DNA of 63,535 bases, the filler included. It is 7 parts of 7 records of this genome, joined end to end, with 100 filler letters (N's around TTAATTAATTAA, not from the genome) between each part and the next. Parts side by side here need not be neighbours in the genome. Positions count along the whole stretch, not along the records: positions 44,742 to 56,022 come from SRR20825010_2016; positions 56,123 to 59,151 come from SRR20825010_2024; 5 more parts are not named here. One strand, 5' to 3'. The notes beneath the pieces were generated by a model, which made no database searches, was not told the DNA's origin, and saw only the letters and a list, made by a program, of their open reading frames with translations. Position 1 is the first letter of the stretch, and the number at the start of each line of letters is the position of its first letter. Both the position numbers and the translations under genes were made by a program. Positions 48,908-57,667 of the stretch are shown here, one piece after another.

Positions 48908-50412
48908 TGCCACAAGTGCTTCTCGACCAACTTCCCGCCTTGCAAATTGTCATTCCTCTGGTTGCAGCTCCTTTCTGTGCCTTTATCGGCGGGCGCTATG
49001 GCGCCTGGACATGGGCATTCATTATCACGCTTGTCGCCTTTGCAATCTCGCTCATGTTGTTAGGCATCACGCTTGATGGCACCGTCTTGTCCTATCATAT
49101 GGGCGGATGGGCACCACCGATCGGCATCGAGTATCGCGTCGATACGCTCAATGCGTTTGTTTTGCTCATCGTGTCAGGCGTCGGCGTATTGAGCATGCTC
49201 TATGCGCGCGAAAGCGTGATGCATGAGATCGAGCCCCGCCAGCACGGTCTGTTCTATACAGCCTTCGTCTTCTGCATGACGGGCTTGCTCGGTGTCACCA
49301 TCACAGGTGACGCATTCAACGTTTTCGTCTTTCTGGAAGTGTCGTCGCTCTCCACCTATGCCATCGTGGCGTCTGGCGCCAAGACGAACCGCCGCGCTCT
49401 CACGGCTGCCTATAACTATCTCATCATGGGCACAATCGGCGCGACCTTCTTCGTCATCGGTTTGGGCCTGCTCTATATGATCACTGGCACGCTCAACATG
49501 GCCGATCTGGCACAACGCCTGATCGAGCATGGCGACAGCCGCACGCTGCGCATGGGCTTTGCCTTTATTGTTGTCGGCATCGGGCTCAAGCTTGCCATGT
49601 TCCCGCTGCATCTCTGGTTGCCGAATGCCTATGCCTATGCGCCATCGGCGGTGAGTGCCTTTGTCTCGGCCACCTCCACCAAAGTCGCTGTCTATCTGAT
49701 GCTTCGCTTCCTCTTCACGGTGTTCGGGTTTTCTATCCCGTTCGAAGTGGATGTCATGCATTACATTGTGCTGCCGCTGGCTCTTGTCGGCATTGTTGCC
49801 GGTGCCACGGTTGCCATCTTCCAGTCCGATCTGAAGCGGCTCCTGGCCTATTCCAGCATTTCGCAAATCGGTTATATGCTGGTCGGTGTCACCATGCTCT
49901 CGCATGGCGGTCTCATGGCCACGATCATCCATCTCTTCAATCATGCCGTGTCCAAAGCCGCACTCTTCATGGTTGCAGGTGCCTATGTGCTGCGGTCGGG
50001 TTCCAGTACCATTCGAGATCTGCGTGGCGTGGGGCGCGATATGCCTTTCACAACAGCGGCTTTTGTTGTCGGCGGCCTCAGCCTTGTCGGCGTCCCGCTC
50101 ACAGTCGGGTTCATCAGCAAATGGTATCTCGTGCAGGCCGCGCTGGAACATGGCTGGTGGCCGGTTGCCTTTTTGATTGTGGCCTCCTCCCTCCTCGCCT
50201 TTGCCTATGTCTGGCGCTTCATCGAAGTCGCCTACATGTATCCCGTGCCCGAAGGTGTCAAACGCAAGGAAGCCCCGCTCACCATGCTTGTCCCGCTCTG
50301 GATTTTTGCCGGTATGTCGCTTTTCTTTGGTGTCAATGCTTCCTTCACCAGCGAGGCCGCTTCACGCGCGGCCAGCGGCCTGATCGCCGCTTCAAGCCTG
50401 ATCTGGCAGTGA
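48907..50412 (+). CDS. mrpD: Mrp antiporter subunit D
   Basis: 'GGW.PPIGI', 'TGDAFN.FVFLE', 'GTLNM.DL', 'K.AMFPLH.WLP.AY', 'KRLLAYSS'. Confidence 0.9.
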   Translation: MPQVLLDQLPALQIVIPLVAAPFCAFIGGRYGAWTWAFIITLVAFAISLMLLGITLDGTVLSYHMGGWAPPIGIEYRVDTLNAFVLLIVSGVGVLSMLYARESVMHEIEPRQHGLFYTAFVFCMTGLLGVTITGDAFNVFVFLEVSSLSTYAIVASGAKTNRRALTAAYNYLIMGTIGATFFVIGLGLLYMITGTLNMADLAQRLIEHGDSRTLRMGFAFIVVGIGLKLAMFPLHLWLPNAYAYAPSAVSAFVSATSTKVAVYLMLRFLFTVFGFSIPFEVDVMHYIVLPLALVGIVAGATVAIFQSDLKRLLAYSSISQIGYMLVGVTMLSHGGLMATIIHLFNHAVSKAALFMVAGAYVLRSGSSTIRDLRGVGRDMPFTTAAFVVGGLSLVGVPLTVGFISKWYLVQAALEHGWWPVAFLIVASSLLAFAYVWRFIEVAYMYPVPEGVKRKEAPLTMLVPLWIFAGMSLFFGVNASFTSEAASRAASGLIAASSLIWQ

Positions 50413-50418
50413 GGGCAT

Positions 50419-51909
50419 ATGATGTTGTCAGCTAATTTCACTCTCTACCTAGCCCTGTTCCTGCCGCTCGGGGCAATCGTTCTCATCGGTGCCCTGCGCA
50501 ACTTGCCGGTTGCCCGTGACATTGCTCATGTCGGCACCGCAGTTGTCACTTTCGCGTTGGTTCTGCGTCTGCTCATGGCGATGCTTGCAGGTGAGGTGCC
50601 TCATCTCTTTCTGCTGGAAGTCATGCCGGGCCTGCCGATCAATTTTGCGATCGAACCTCTTGGCATGGTCTTCGCGCTACTTGCCTCGGGCCTCTGGATT
50701 GTTATTTCGATTTATGCCGTCGGCTACATGCGCACCAATGGCGAAGAACATCACACTCGTTTTGCGATGTTCTTTACGCTTGCTGTCGCGGCAGCCCTTG
50801 GCATTGCCTTCTCGGGAAATCTCTTCACGCTCTTTATCTATTACGAGCTGCTCACCCTTTCGACCTATCCGCTTGTTGCCCACAAGGGCACACCAGAGGC
50901 GCGCGCGGGTGCCCGGCTCTATCTGACCATCCTTCTGTCCACCTCCATCGGCTTCTTTCTGGTCGCCATTCTCTGGACATGGAATGTCGCAGGCACGCTA
51001 AATTTCCAACCGGGTGGTATTCTCGAAGGCCAGCTCGATCCGGCCTATACGCCCATCCTGCTCGCCTTCTTTGCCTTCGGCATCGGCAAGGCGGCGCTTA
51101 TGCCGTTCCATCGCTGGCTGCCCGCCGCCATGGTCGCACCCGCCCCCGTCAGCGCATTGCTACACGCCGTTGCCGTGGTCAAAGGCGGCGTCTTCACCAT
51201 GCTCAAGGTGAGCGTCTATATCTTCGGCACCGGTTATCTGTCATCTACCAATGCCTCTGACTGGCTTTGCTGGATTGCCGCCATCTCGATTATCGTTCCG
51301 GCCATCATTGCCATGACCAAGGACGACCTGAAAGCGCGACTGGCCTATTCCACCATCAGTCAGCTTGCCTATGTCACGCTCGGCATTGCGCTTGCCAACC
51401 AGATGGGCGTCATCGGTTCCACCATGCAGATCGTCATGCATGCCATGGCCAAGATCACGCTCTTTATGTGCGCCGGTGCCATTTACATCGCGGCACACAA
51501 AACCAAGGTCAGCGAGATGACGGGACTGGGTCGCCAAATGCCCATTACATTTGCCGCCTTCACGATTGCATCCTTCAGCATTATCGGCCTGCCACCGCTT
51601 GGCGGCGGCTGGAGCAAATGGTTCCTGCTGCAATCGGCTGCCGATGCGCAGCAATGGACTATGATCGTGGTGCTAGGCCTCGGTTCGCTTCTATCCATCG
51701 GCTATCTGATGCCCGTCGCCGCCCGCGCGCTCTTTGTTCCCACGCCGGGCAAAAACGTCATTCCGGGTATCAAGGAAGCGCCTTTGCTGTGTCTGGTTCC
51801 CATCTGCGTCACCACATTGGGCTGTTTCGCATTGTTCTTCTTCGCGAATGATATTTACAGCTTCCTCCTCCATGTCCCCTTACTCGCGCCGGAGGTCGTT
51901 GCCCCGTGA
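50419..51909 (+). CDS. Second MrpD/NuoL-like antiporter subunit
   Basis: 'FIYYELLT', 'GIGKAALMPFHRWLPAAMVAP.PVSALLHAVAVVK.G', 'LKARLAYST'. Confidence 0.88.
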   Translation: MMLSANFTLYLALFLPLGAIVLIGALRNLPVARDIAHVGTAVVTFALVLRLLMAMLAGEVPHLFLLEVMPGLPINFAIEPLGMVFALLASGLWIVISIYAVGYMRTNGEEHHTRFAMFFTLAVAAALGIAFSGNLFTLFIYYELLTLSTYPLVAHKGTPEARAGARLYLTILLSTSIGFFLVAILWTWNVAGTLNFQPGGILEGQLDPAYTPILLAFFAFGIGKAALMPFHRWLPAAMVAPAPVSALLHAVAVVKGGVFTMLKVSVYIFGTGYLSSTNASDWLCWIAAISIIVPAIIAMTKDDLKARLAYSTISQLAYVTLGIALANQMGVIGSTMQIVMHAMAKITLFMCAGAIYIAAHKTKVSEMTGLGRQMPITFAAFTIASFSIIGLPPLGGGWSKWFLLQSAADAQQWTMIVVLGLGSLLSIGYLMPVAARALFVPTPGKNVIPGIKEAPLLCLVPICVTTLGCFALFFFANDIYSFLLHVPLLAPEVVAP

Positions 51910-52193
51910 CCACCTACATCACCAATAAGGTGCTGATCGCCATTGGCCTGATCTGCATTGCACTTTTCGCAGCCGATTTCCTGCGCCACCCGCATGGCAA
52001 ATTTCCACTCGAAAATCTGCCGCTGTTTTATTGTGTCATCGGGTTTGCCGCCTATACCGGTTTGATCTTCGCGGCCAAGGGCTTGCGCTATCTGATCGAA
52101 CGGCCAGAAAATTATTACGGCTCGCAGGCTGTGGATGCAGAACCCATAGATGAACCGGAAGGTGTCATTCACACCGAGGTGCGTCATGACTGA
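51906..52193 (+). CDS. Small two-TM hypothetical protein within the Mrp operon
   Basis: Overlaps both neighbours; 'FY..IGF…AKGLR…RPENYY'. Confidence 0.75.
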   Translation: MTTYITNKVLIAIGLICIALFAADFLRHPHGKFPLENLPLFYCVIGFAAYTGLIFAAKGLRYLIERPENYYGSQAVDAEPIDEPEGVIHTEVRHD

Positions 52194-53880
52194 GATCATT
52201 TTGCCCTCACTGATTTATTTTGCGGCTGCCATTGCTGCGCCGCTCATGCCTTGGCCGCGTCTGCGCAACTGTCTGTTGCTCGGCGTGCCCTTTGCCGGTG
52301 TGGCCTGCTTTGTTGGCGCCAGCTATGGCACCTACAACATCGTTCCTCTCTTCGATATCAATCTGAAGATTTTCCGGCTTGATGCACTTTCCTATATTTT
52401 CGGGCTCATCTTCTCGCTCGCGGCTTTTCTGTCATTGCTCTACGCATGGCATTTGCGTGACCGGCTGGAACAGGCATCATCGCTCATCTATGCCGGTGCC
52501 GCCATCGGTGCTGTCTTTGCAGGTGACCTTGTTACGCTCTTCATCTTCTGGGAAGGCACGGCCATTGCGTCTGTCTTCCTCATCTGGTCGCGGCGCACCG
52601 AGGGCTCCTATTACACAGGCCTTCGCTATGTCACCGCGCAGATCGCATCGGGCCTTCTGTTGCTCATAGGCATTGTGCTTTTCTATCGCGACACGGGATC
52701 GGTGGCCTTCGAGCATATGGAACTCGAAAGCCTCGCCACATGGCTCATCTTCCTCGCCTTCGGCATCAAATGCGCCTTTCCGCTGCTGCATAACTGGCTT
52801 CAGGATTCCTATCCTGCCGCCACGCTCACAGGCACGGTTACGCTGTCAGCTTTCACCACCAAACTCGCGGTCTATGCTTTGGCGCGCGGCTTTGCGGGCA
52901 CCGAATATCTCATCTATATCGGCGCAATAATGACGCTCTTTCCCGTCTTCTTTGCCGCCGTTGAAAACAACCTCCGCCGCGTACTCGCCTATAGTCTCAA
53001 CAACCAGCTCGGCTTCATGGTCGTCGGTGTCGGCATCGGCACACCGCTTGCGCTGGACGGCACGGTGGCCCATGCCTTTGCGCATGTCGTTTACAAAGCG
53101 CTACTCTTTATGAGTGTCGGCGCTGTGCTCTATCGGACAGGCCGCGAAAAAGCCTCCGACCTTGGTGGCCTCTGGCGCTCCATGCCCTTCACCATGGTCT
53201 TCTGCATCATCGGCGCAATGTCCATTTCGGCATTCCCGCTTTTTTCCGGCTTCATTTCCAAAAGCCTCATCATCTCGGCCAGTTCCGACATGGGGCATTT
53301 CTGGGTCTGGGTGGCGTTGGTCGTCGCCTCTGTCGGTGTGCTCGAACATTCGGGCATCAAAATTCCCTATTCGATGTTCTTTGGTCACGACCGTGGTTTG
53401 AAGGTGCGTGAAGCCCCATTGCATATGTTGCTGGCCATGGGTTTTGCCGCTGCCATCTGCGTCGGTGTCGGCATCTGGCCCGAACCGCTTTATGCGCTGC
53501 TGCCTTACCCTGTCGAATACCAGCCCTACACATCCGAACATGTCATCACGCAATTGCAGATGCTGTTCTTTGCCATCCTCGCGTTTGCGTTGCTGATCCG
53601 CTTCAAAATCTATCCGGCGGAATATCGCTCGATCAATCTCGACTTTGACTGGCTTTATCGCCGGCTCATTCCCGCGATTGTCGGCTTTGCAGCCACGCAT
53701 ATCACCCGTTTGTGGCGCGGTTTGGCAGGATTTGCAGGTCGCAGGCTGGATCACACGCTCGCCATTGTCTATCGAGCGCATGGTCCTCAAGGGGCGCTTG
53801 CCCGCACATGGCCGACCGGATCAATGGTTCTCTGGATTGCCATTCTGCTTGGCATTACACTTGGCCTCGCCTACCTATAA
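52186..53880 (+). CDS. Third MrpD/NuoL-like antiporter subunit
   Basis: 'FAGDL.TLF.FWE', 'P.LHNWLQDSYP', 'LSAFTTK', 'RRVLAYS', 'H..YKALLFM', 'PLFSGF.SK'. Confidence 0.88.
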   Translation: MTEIILPSLIYFAAAIAAPLMPWPRLRNCLLLGVPFAGVACFVGASYGTYNIVPLFDINLKIFRLDALSYIFGLIFSLAAFLSLLYAWHLRDRLEQASSLIYAGAAIGAVFAGDLVTLFIFWEGTAIASVFLIWSRRTEGSYYTGLRYVTAQIASGLLLLIGIVLFYRDTGSVAFEHMELESLATWLIFLAFGIKCAFPLLHNWLQDSYPAATLTGTVTLSAFTTKLAVYALARGFAGTEYLIYIGAIMTLFPVFFAAVENNLRRVLAYSLNNQLGFMVVGVGIGTPLALDGTVAHAFAHVVYKALLFMSVGAVLYRTGREKASDLGGLWRSMPFTMVFCIIGAMSISAFPLFSGFISKSLIISASSDMGHFWVWVALVVASVGVLEHSGIKIPYSMFFGHDRGLKVREAPLHMLLAMGFAAAICVGVGIWPEPLYALLPYPVEYQPYTSEHVITQLQMLFFAILAFALLIRFKIYPAEYRSINLDFDWLYRRLIPAIVGFAATHITRLWRGLAGFAGRRLDHTLAIVYRAHGPQGALARTWPTGSMVLWIAILLGITLGLAYL

Positions 53881-53934
53881 GTTCCGGTCTGCCCCCGATC
53901 CCCGACCGGCAGTTGCAATAAGGAGAATCCGCAA

Positions 53935-54561
53935 ATGGAAATGACCGGTGAATATCGTATTCCGGCATCGCGCGAAGCCGTCTGGGACGCGCTGAATGAT
54001 GCGGAGGTTCTCAAGGCCACTATTCCCGGCGCGGAATCAGTGGAAAAGACGTCCGACACCACATTCGAGGCTGTGGCCAAAGCCAAGGTCGGTCCCGTCA
54101 GTGCCCGTTTCAAAGGCAAGGTGACGCTGACCGACATCGACCCGCCGAACGGCTACACGCTCACAGGCGAAGGCAATGGCGGTGCCGCAGGCTTTGCCAA
54201 AGGCGCAGCCAAGGTCAATCTGGCTGATGATAATGGTGTCACAGTTCTCACCTATCATGTGAATGCGCAGATTGGCGGCAAACTCGCCCAGATCGGCCAG
54301 CGTTTCATCGACAGCACGGCGTCCAAACTGGCCGACGAGTTTTTTGGCAATTTTTCTGCAGCACTTGGCGGTTCCAAGGTCGAAGCCGAAGAGTCTCAGG
54401 AAGCCCCCGGTTTCGGCAAATCGCCCGATCACGATGCCATGGCGCCCACAGGCGTGCCGCGTCTGCCCGATGGCGAAGTCGGTCAGGGTTATTCCCCGTG
54501 GATCTGGGGCACAGCACTCATTATCGGCGTTGTGGCTCTCATCCTCATCTTTGGCCGCTGA
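53935..54561 (+). CDS. coxG: CoxG (SRPBCC) protein with C-terminal membrane anchor
   Basis: 'VWDALND.EVL…IPG', 'KVGPV.A.F.G', 'GGAAGFAKG', 'GGKLAQIG.R'; hydrophobic C-terminal helix. Confidence 0.9.
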   Translation: MEMTGEYRIPASREAVWDALNDAEVLKATIPGAESVEKTSDTTFEAVAKAKVGPVSARFKGKVTLTDIDPPNGYTLTGEGNGGAAGFAKGAAKVNLADDNGVTVLTYHVNAQIGGKLAQIGQRFIDSTASKLADEFFGNFSAALGGSKVEAEESQEAPGFGKSPDHDAMAPTGVPRLPDGEVGQGYSPWIWGTALIIGVVALILIFGR

Positions 54562-54632
54562 ATACAGCTTAACTTGACGTCTCCCGCCGAAGCGCGGAGA
54601 CTCGTTGGAAATACTCAAGGGAGATGCGCCAT

Positions 54633-55097
54633 ATGACCGTCGTCAGCATGACCGTCAACGGAAATCCTGTTAGCGCGGATGTCGAAGCGCGCACATTGCT
54701 CGTCAATTATATCCGCGAGGAACTGGGCCTCACCGGCACGCATGTCGGGTGCGACACCAGCCAGTGCGGTGCCTGCGTCGTCCATGTGAATGGCCGAGCG
54801 GTCAAGGCCTGCGCCATGCTGGCGGGGCAAGCCGAAGGTGCCGACATTGTGACAGTCGAAGGGCTGGCCAAGGATGGCGAGCTTCATCCGGTGCAAAAAG
54901 CCTTTCGCGAGCATCATGGCCTGCAATGCGGTTTCTGCACTCCGGGCATGATCATGACCGCGGTCGATCTCATCCGCCGCAAGCCGGAGCTTGACGAACA
55001 CACTGTGCGCGAAGAACTCGAAGGCAATCTCTGCCGCTGCACGGGCTACCACAATATCGTCAAGGCGATCCTCGCCGCATCCGAGGAGATGCGCTGA
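54633..55097 (+). CDS. coxS: CoxS-like (2Fe-2S) subunit of a xanthine-oxidase-family molybdoenzyme
   Basis: '[10 protein letters not shown]…C', 'QCGFCTPG', 'GNLCRCTGY'. Confidence 0.92.
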   Translation: MTVVSMTVNGNPVSADVEARTLLVNYIREELGLTGTHVGCDTSQCGACVVHVNGRAVKACAMLAGQAEGADIVTVEGLAKDGELHPVQKAFREHHGLQCGFCTPGMIMTAVDLIRRKPELDEHTVREELEGNLCRCTGYHNIVKAILAASEEMR

Positions 55098-55230
55098 ACC
55101 AATAAATACTGTCTCCCCGGGCTTGTACTTTACTGTCCTGGCCCGGGGTCCAGAGCCAAATACTCCGAATTCGCGACTTCTGAAGTCCGGCACCAGACCG
55201 GTTTAAGAGAATGAAGAGGGAGAACGAGCC

Positions 55231-56022
55231 GTGACAGATAAAGCCATCAATGAAGGCATCGGCCAGCCGGTTCGCCGTAAGGAAGATTTCCGGTTTATCA
55301 CCGGCAACGGCAATTACACCGACGACATCAATCTGCCGCGCCAAACCCACGCTTATTTTCTCCGCTCTCCCCACGCTCACGCAAAGATCAAATCCATCGA
55401 CTTTTCCGATGCGCTGAAGTCTCCCGGCATCATTGCCATTTTCACCGGCAAGGATGTTGCCGCCGACGAATTGGGCGGATTGATTTGCGGCTGGACGGTT
55501 CACTCCAAAGACGGTTCGGAAATGAAAGCGGGCGCGCATCCCATCCTCGCGCTCGACACGGTGCGCTATGTCGGCGACCACATCGCCATGATCGTGGCCG
55601 AGACCCATGCGCAGGCCAAATCCGCCTCCGAGCTTGTGACCGTCGATTTCGAGACATTGCCCGCTTCGGTCTCGCTGTCCACATGCCAGTCGCCCGATGC
55701 CGGTCAGGTCCACGAGATTGCACCGCGCAACACATGCTTCGAGTGGGAGCTTGGCAACAAGCCCGAAACCGAGGCTGCTTTTGCCAAAGCCGACAAGATC
55801 ATCAGCATCGACCTGGTGAACAATCGCCTCATCCCCAATGCCATGGAACCTCGCGCGGCAATCGGTGATTACAACAAGGGCACCGGCAATTACACGCTCT
55901 ACACGACAAGCCAGAACCCGCATGTCGCGCGTCTGGTCCTGTCGGCCTTTGTCGGCGTCGCGCCCGAACACAAGCTGCGCGTCATCGCGCCTGATGTCGG
56001 CGGCGGTTTCGGCTCCAAGATT
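55231..56022 (+). CDS. coxL: CoxL-like molybdopterin large subunit (3'-truncated)
   Basis: 'IGQ..RRKED.RF.TG.G.Y.DD', 'RSPHAHA', 'MEPR', 'PDVGGGFGSK'; active-site loop not in the contig. Confidence 0.88.
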
Positions 56023-56122
56023 NNNNNNNNNNNNNNNNNNNNNNNNNNNNNNNNNNNNNNNNNNNNTTAATTAATTAANNNNNNNNNNNNNNNNNNNNNN
56101 NNNNNNNNNNNNNNNNNNNNNN
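56023..56122. other. Artificial contig spacer
   Basis: N44-TTAATTAATTAA-N44. Confidence 0.99.
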
Positions 56123-56124
56123 AT

Positions 56125-56889
56125 ATCCATGCATTGGAAAAAGAAACCGGAAGCCGATTATTTGATCGGGTGCGCGGGCAATATCAATTGACCGATGCCG
56201 GTGTGGAAATGATGTCGCCAGCCCGGCAGATCATGAACAGCTTTGATACAATTGATGCCAAAGTTTCCGGGCGCGACCAGTCGCCAAGCGGGCTGGTGCG
56301 CATCACAGCGCCGACAAGTTTTTCATACTTCCTGTTGCCTGATTACTTTGCCCGTTTTCATATCGAGTATCCTGACATTCAGCTTGAACTCATGACAAGC
56401 AATCAGGAATTCAACATGACCCAACGCTACGCCGATATTGCCATCCGGGTCGCACAAAACCCGCCGGAACATCTGGTCGGCCACGAAGTCCGCACCTTAA
56501 GCTGGGGCATCTATGGCACCGAAAGTGATACGCCCACTGATGATCTAAATACGTTGTTTGCAAGCACCTTTATTGGTGCTTGTGGAACATTACACAGCCA
56601 TCCGGTTTTTAAATGGCTTGAAACGCGGTGTAGCGAAACAAAGCAGCATCAATGCGATGATCTGGTGGCAATGGCCCATCTGGCACGTGCCGGAAATGGC
56701 TTGGCGTGCTTGCCAACCGATCTTGCCATACCGGGCTTAAAGCTCCTTGCGCCGTTAAACGATATCGCGTCGAACAAATTATGGGTTTTAACCCATCCTG
56801 ATCTTCGCCATATCGAACGGATTAAACAGTCCATGCGATGGATCAGTAAATCGCTTCGATCTGAACCACGCCTTTCACAGGCCGTGTAA
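56125..56889 (+). CDS. LysR-family transcriptional regulator (5'-truncated)
   Basis: End of HTH 'LEKETGSRLFDR…LTDAG', 'SG.VRITAP', 'YPDIQLEL', 'ADIAIR', 'LW.LTHPDLR'. Confidence 0.9.
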   Translation: MHALEKETGSRLFDRVRGQYQLTDAGVEMMSPARQIMNSFDTIDAKVSGRDQSPSGLVRITAPTSFSYFLLPDYFARFHIEYPDIQLELMTSNQEFNMTQRYADIAIRVAQNPPEHLVGHEVRTLSWGIYGTESDTPTDDLNTLFASTFIGACGTLHSHPVFKWLETRCSETKQHQCDDLVAMAHLARAGNGLACLPTDLAIPGLKLLAPLNDIASNKLWVLTHPDLRHIERIKQSMRWISKSLRSEPRLSQAV

Positions 56890-57079
56890 TTCAACGCGAT
56901 GACAACAATATTTATATCGGTCGGGCAATTGTCATCCGGCCTTTTCTGGACAGGAACGACAAGTCGGTTCAATATGTTCGCAAGCAAAAGCAAAGTCATA
57001 GCACCGACTATGACAGGTTTCCGGGACAACAAGATCACGTGACCACGGCGCGGATGCCCAATGGTTCAAGGAGCAACAT

Positions 57080-57652
57080 ATGTCCATACACAAGACGGCC
57101 AAATGTCTGGCAATGATTGCACTGACGGGCGCACTTTCGGCCTGCGCTGTTCAACAAGAAGCCCCGGTCACGGCAACCAATTCCGGTAGCACCATCGTCA
57201 CCCCGTGGGGCGGACCATCCAATGGCACTGCGGCGAAAACCGCAAACACAACAGGCGCCAGCACCACACAGAACGACAATCTGGTGATGATGGAAGACCC
57301 TAATCAAAAGGCGCTTGATCAAATGCAGCAACAGCAGATTGATGAAGCCCGGATCGCGCTTGGCATCCTTGATCGTATGGCGCAACGCTGCGTTCAAAGC
57401 GGGGATGAAGCCGCGTGCAATACGCTTCAAACCAACTGGAGCACCCTTTCCCAACAACTGCACAAAACCCTGTCAATGGTGGCAGGCGATGCCATGATGT
57501 CCCCGATGAGCAGCCCGTCAAACACACCCCCGATGCCGACCAATGGCATGGATGATCCGATGAAATCCGACATGCCTGCACCTGCTGGAAACACGGAAAC
57601 ACCGGAAATGGAAAAACTCATTCCGATGACCCAACCGGGTTCCGATGGTTAA
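57080..57652 (+). CDS. Hypothetical lipoprotein with Met/Pro-rich tail
   Basis: AAGGAG RBS; lipobox 'ALSAC'; Thr-rich linker, helical core with C-x8-C, Met-rich C-terminus. Confidence 0.75.
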   Translation: MSIHKTAKCLAMIALTGALSACAVQQEAPVTATNSGSTIVTPWGGPSNGTAAKTANTTGASTTQNDNLVMMEDPNQKALDQMQQQQIDEARIALGILDRMAQRCVQSGDEAACNTLQTNWSTLSQQLHKTLSMVAGDAMMSPMSSPSNTPPMPTNGMDDPMKSDMPAPAGNTETPEMEKLIPMTQPGSDG

Positions 57653-57667
57653 GCTGAGGAGTTTTAC

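Noticed and set aside
55111-55153. CCCCGGGC…GCCCGGGG inverted repeat between coxS and coxL as a MITE/REP element
   Set aside because: Single copy in the window with only an 8-bp stem; cannot be distinguished from an ordinary intergenic hairpin.
55231-56022. Calling the cox genes a bona fide aerobic CO dehydrogenase
   Set aside because: The diagnostic active-site loop lies beyond the contig end, and the gene order is not form I coxMSL.
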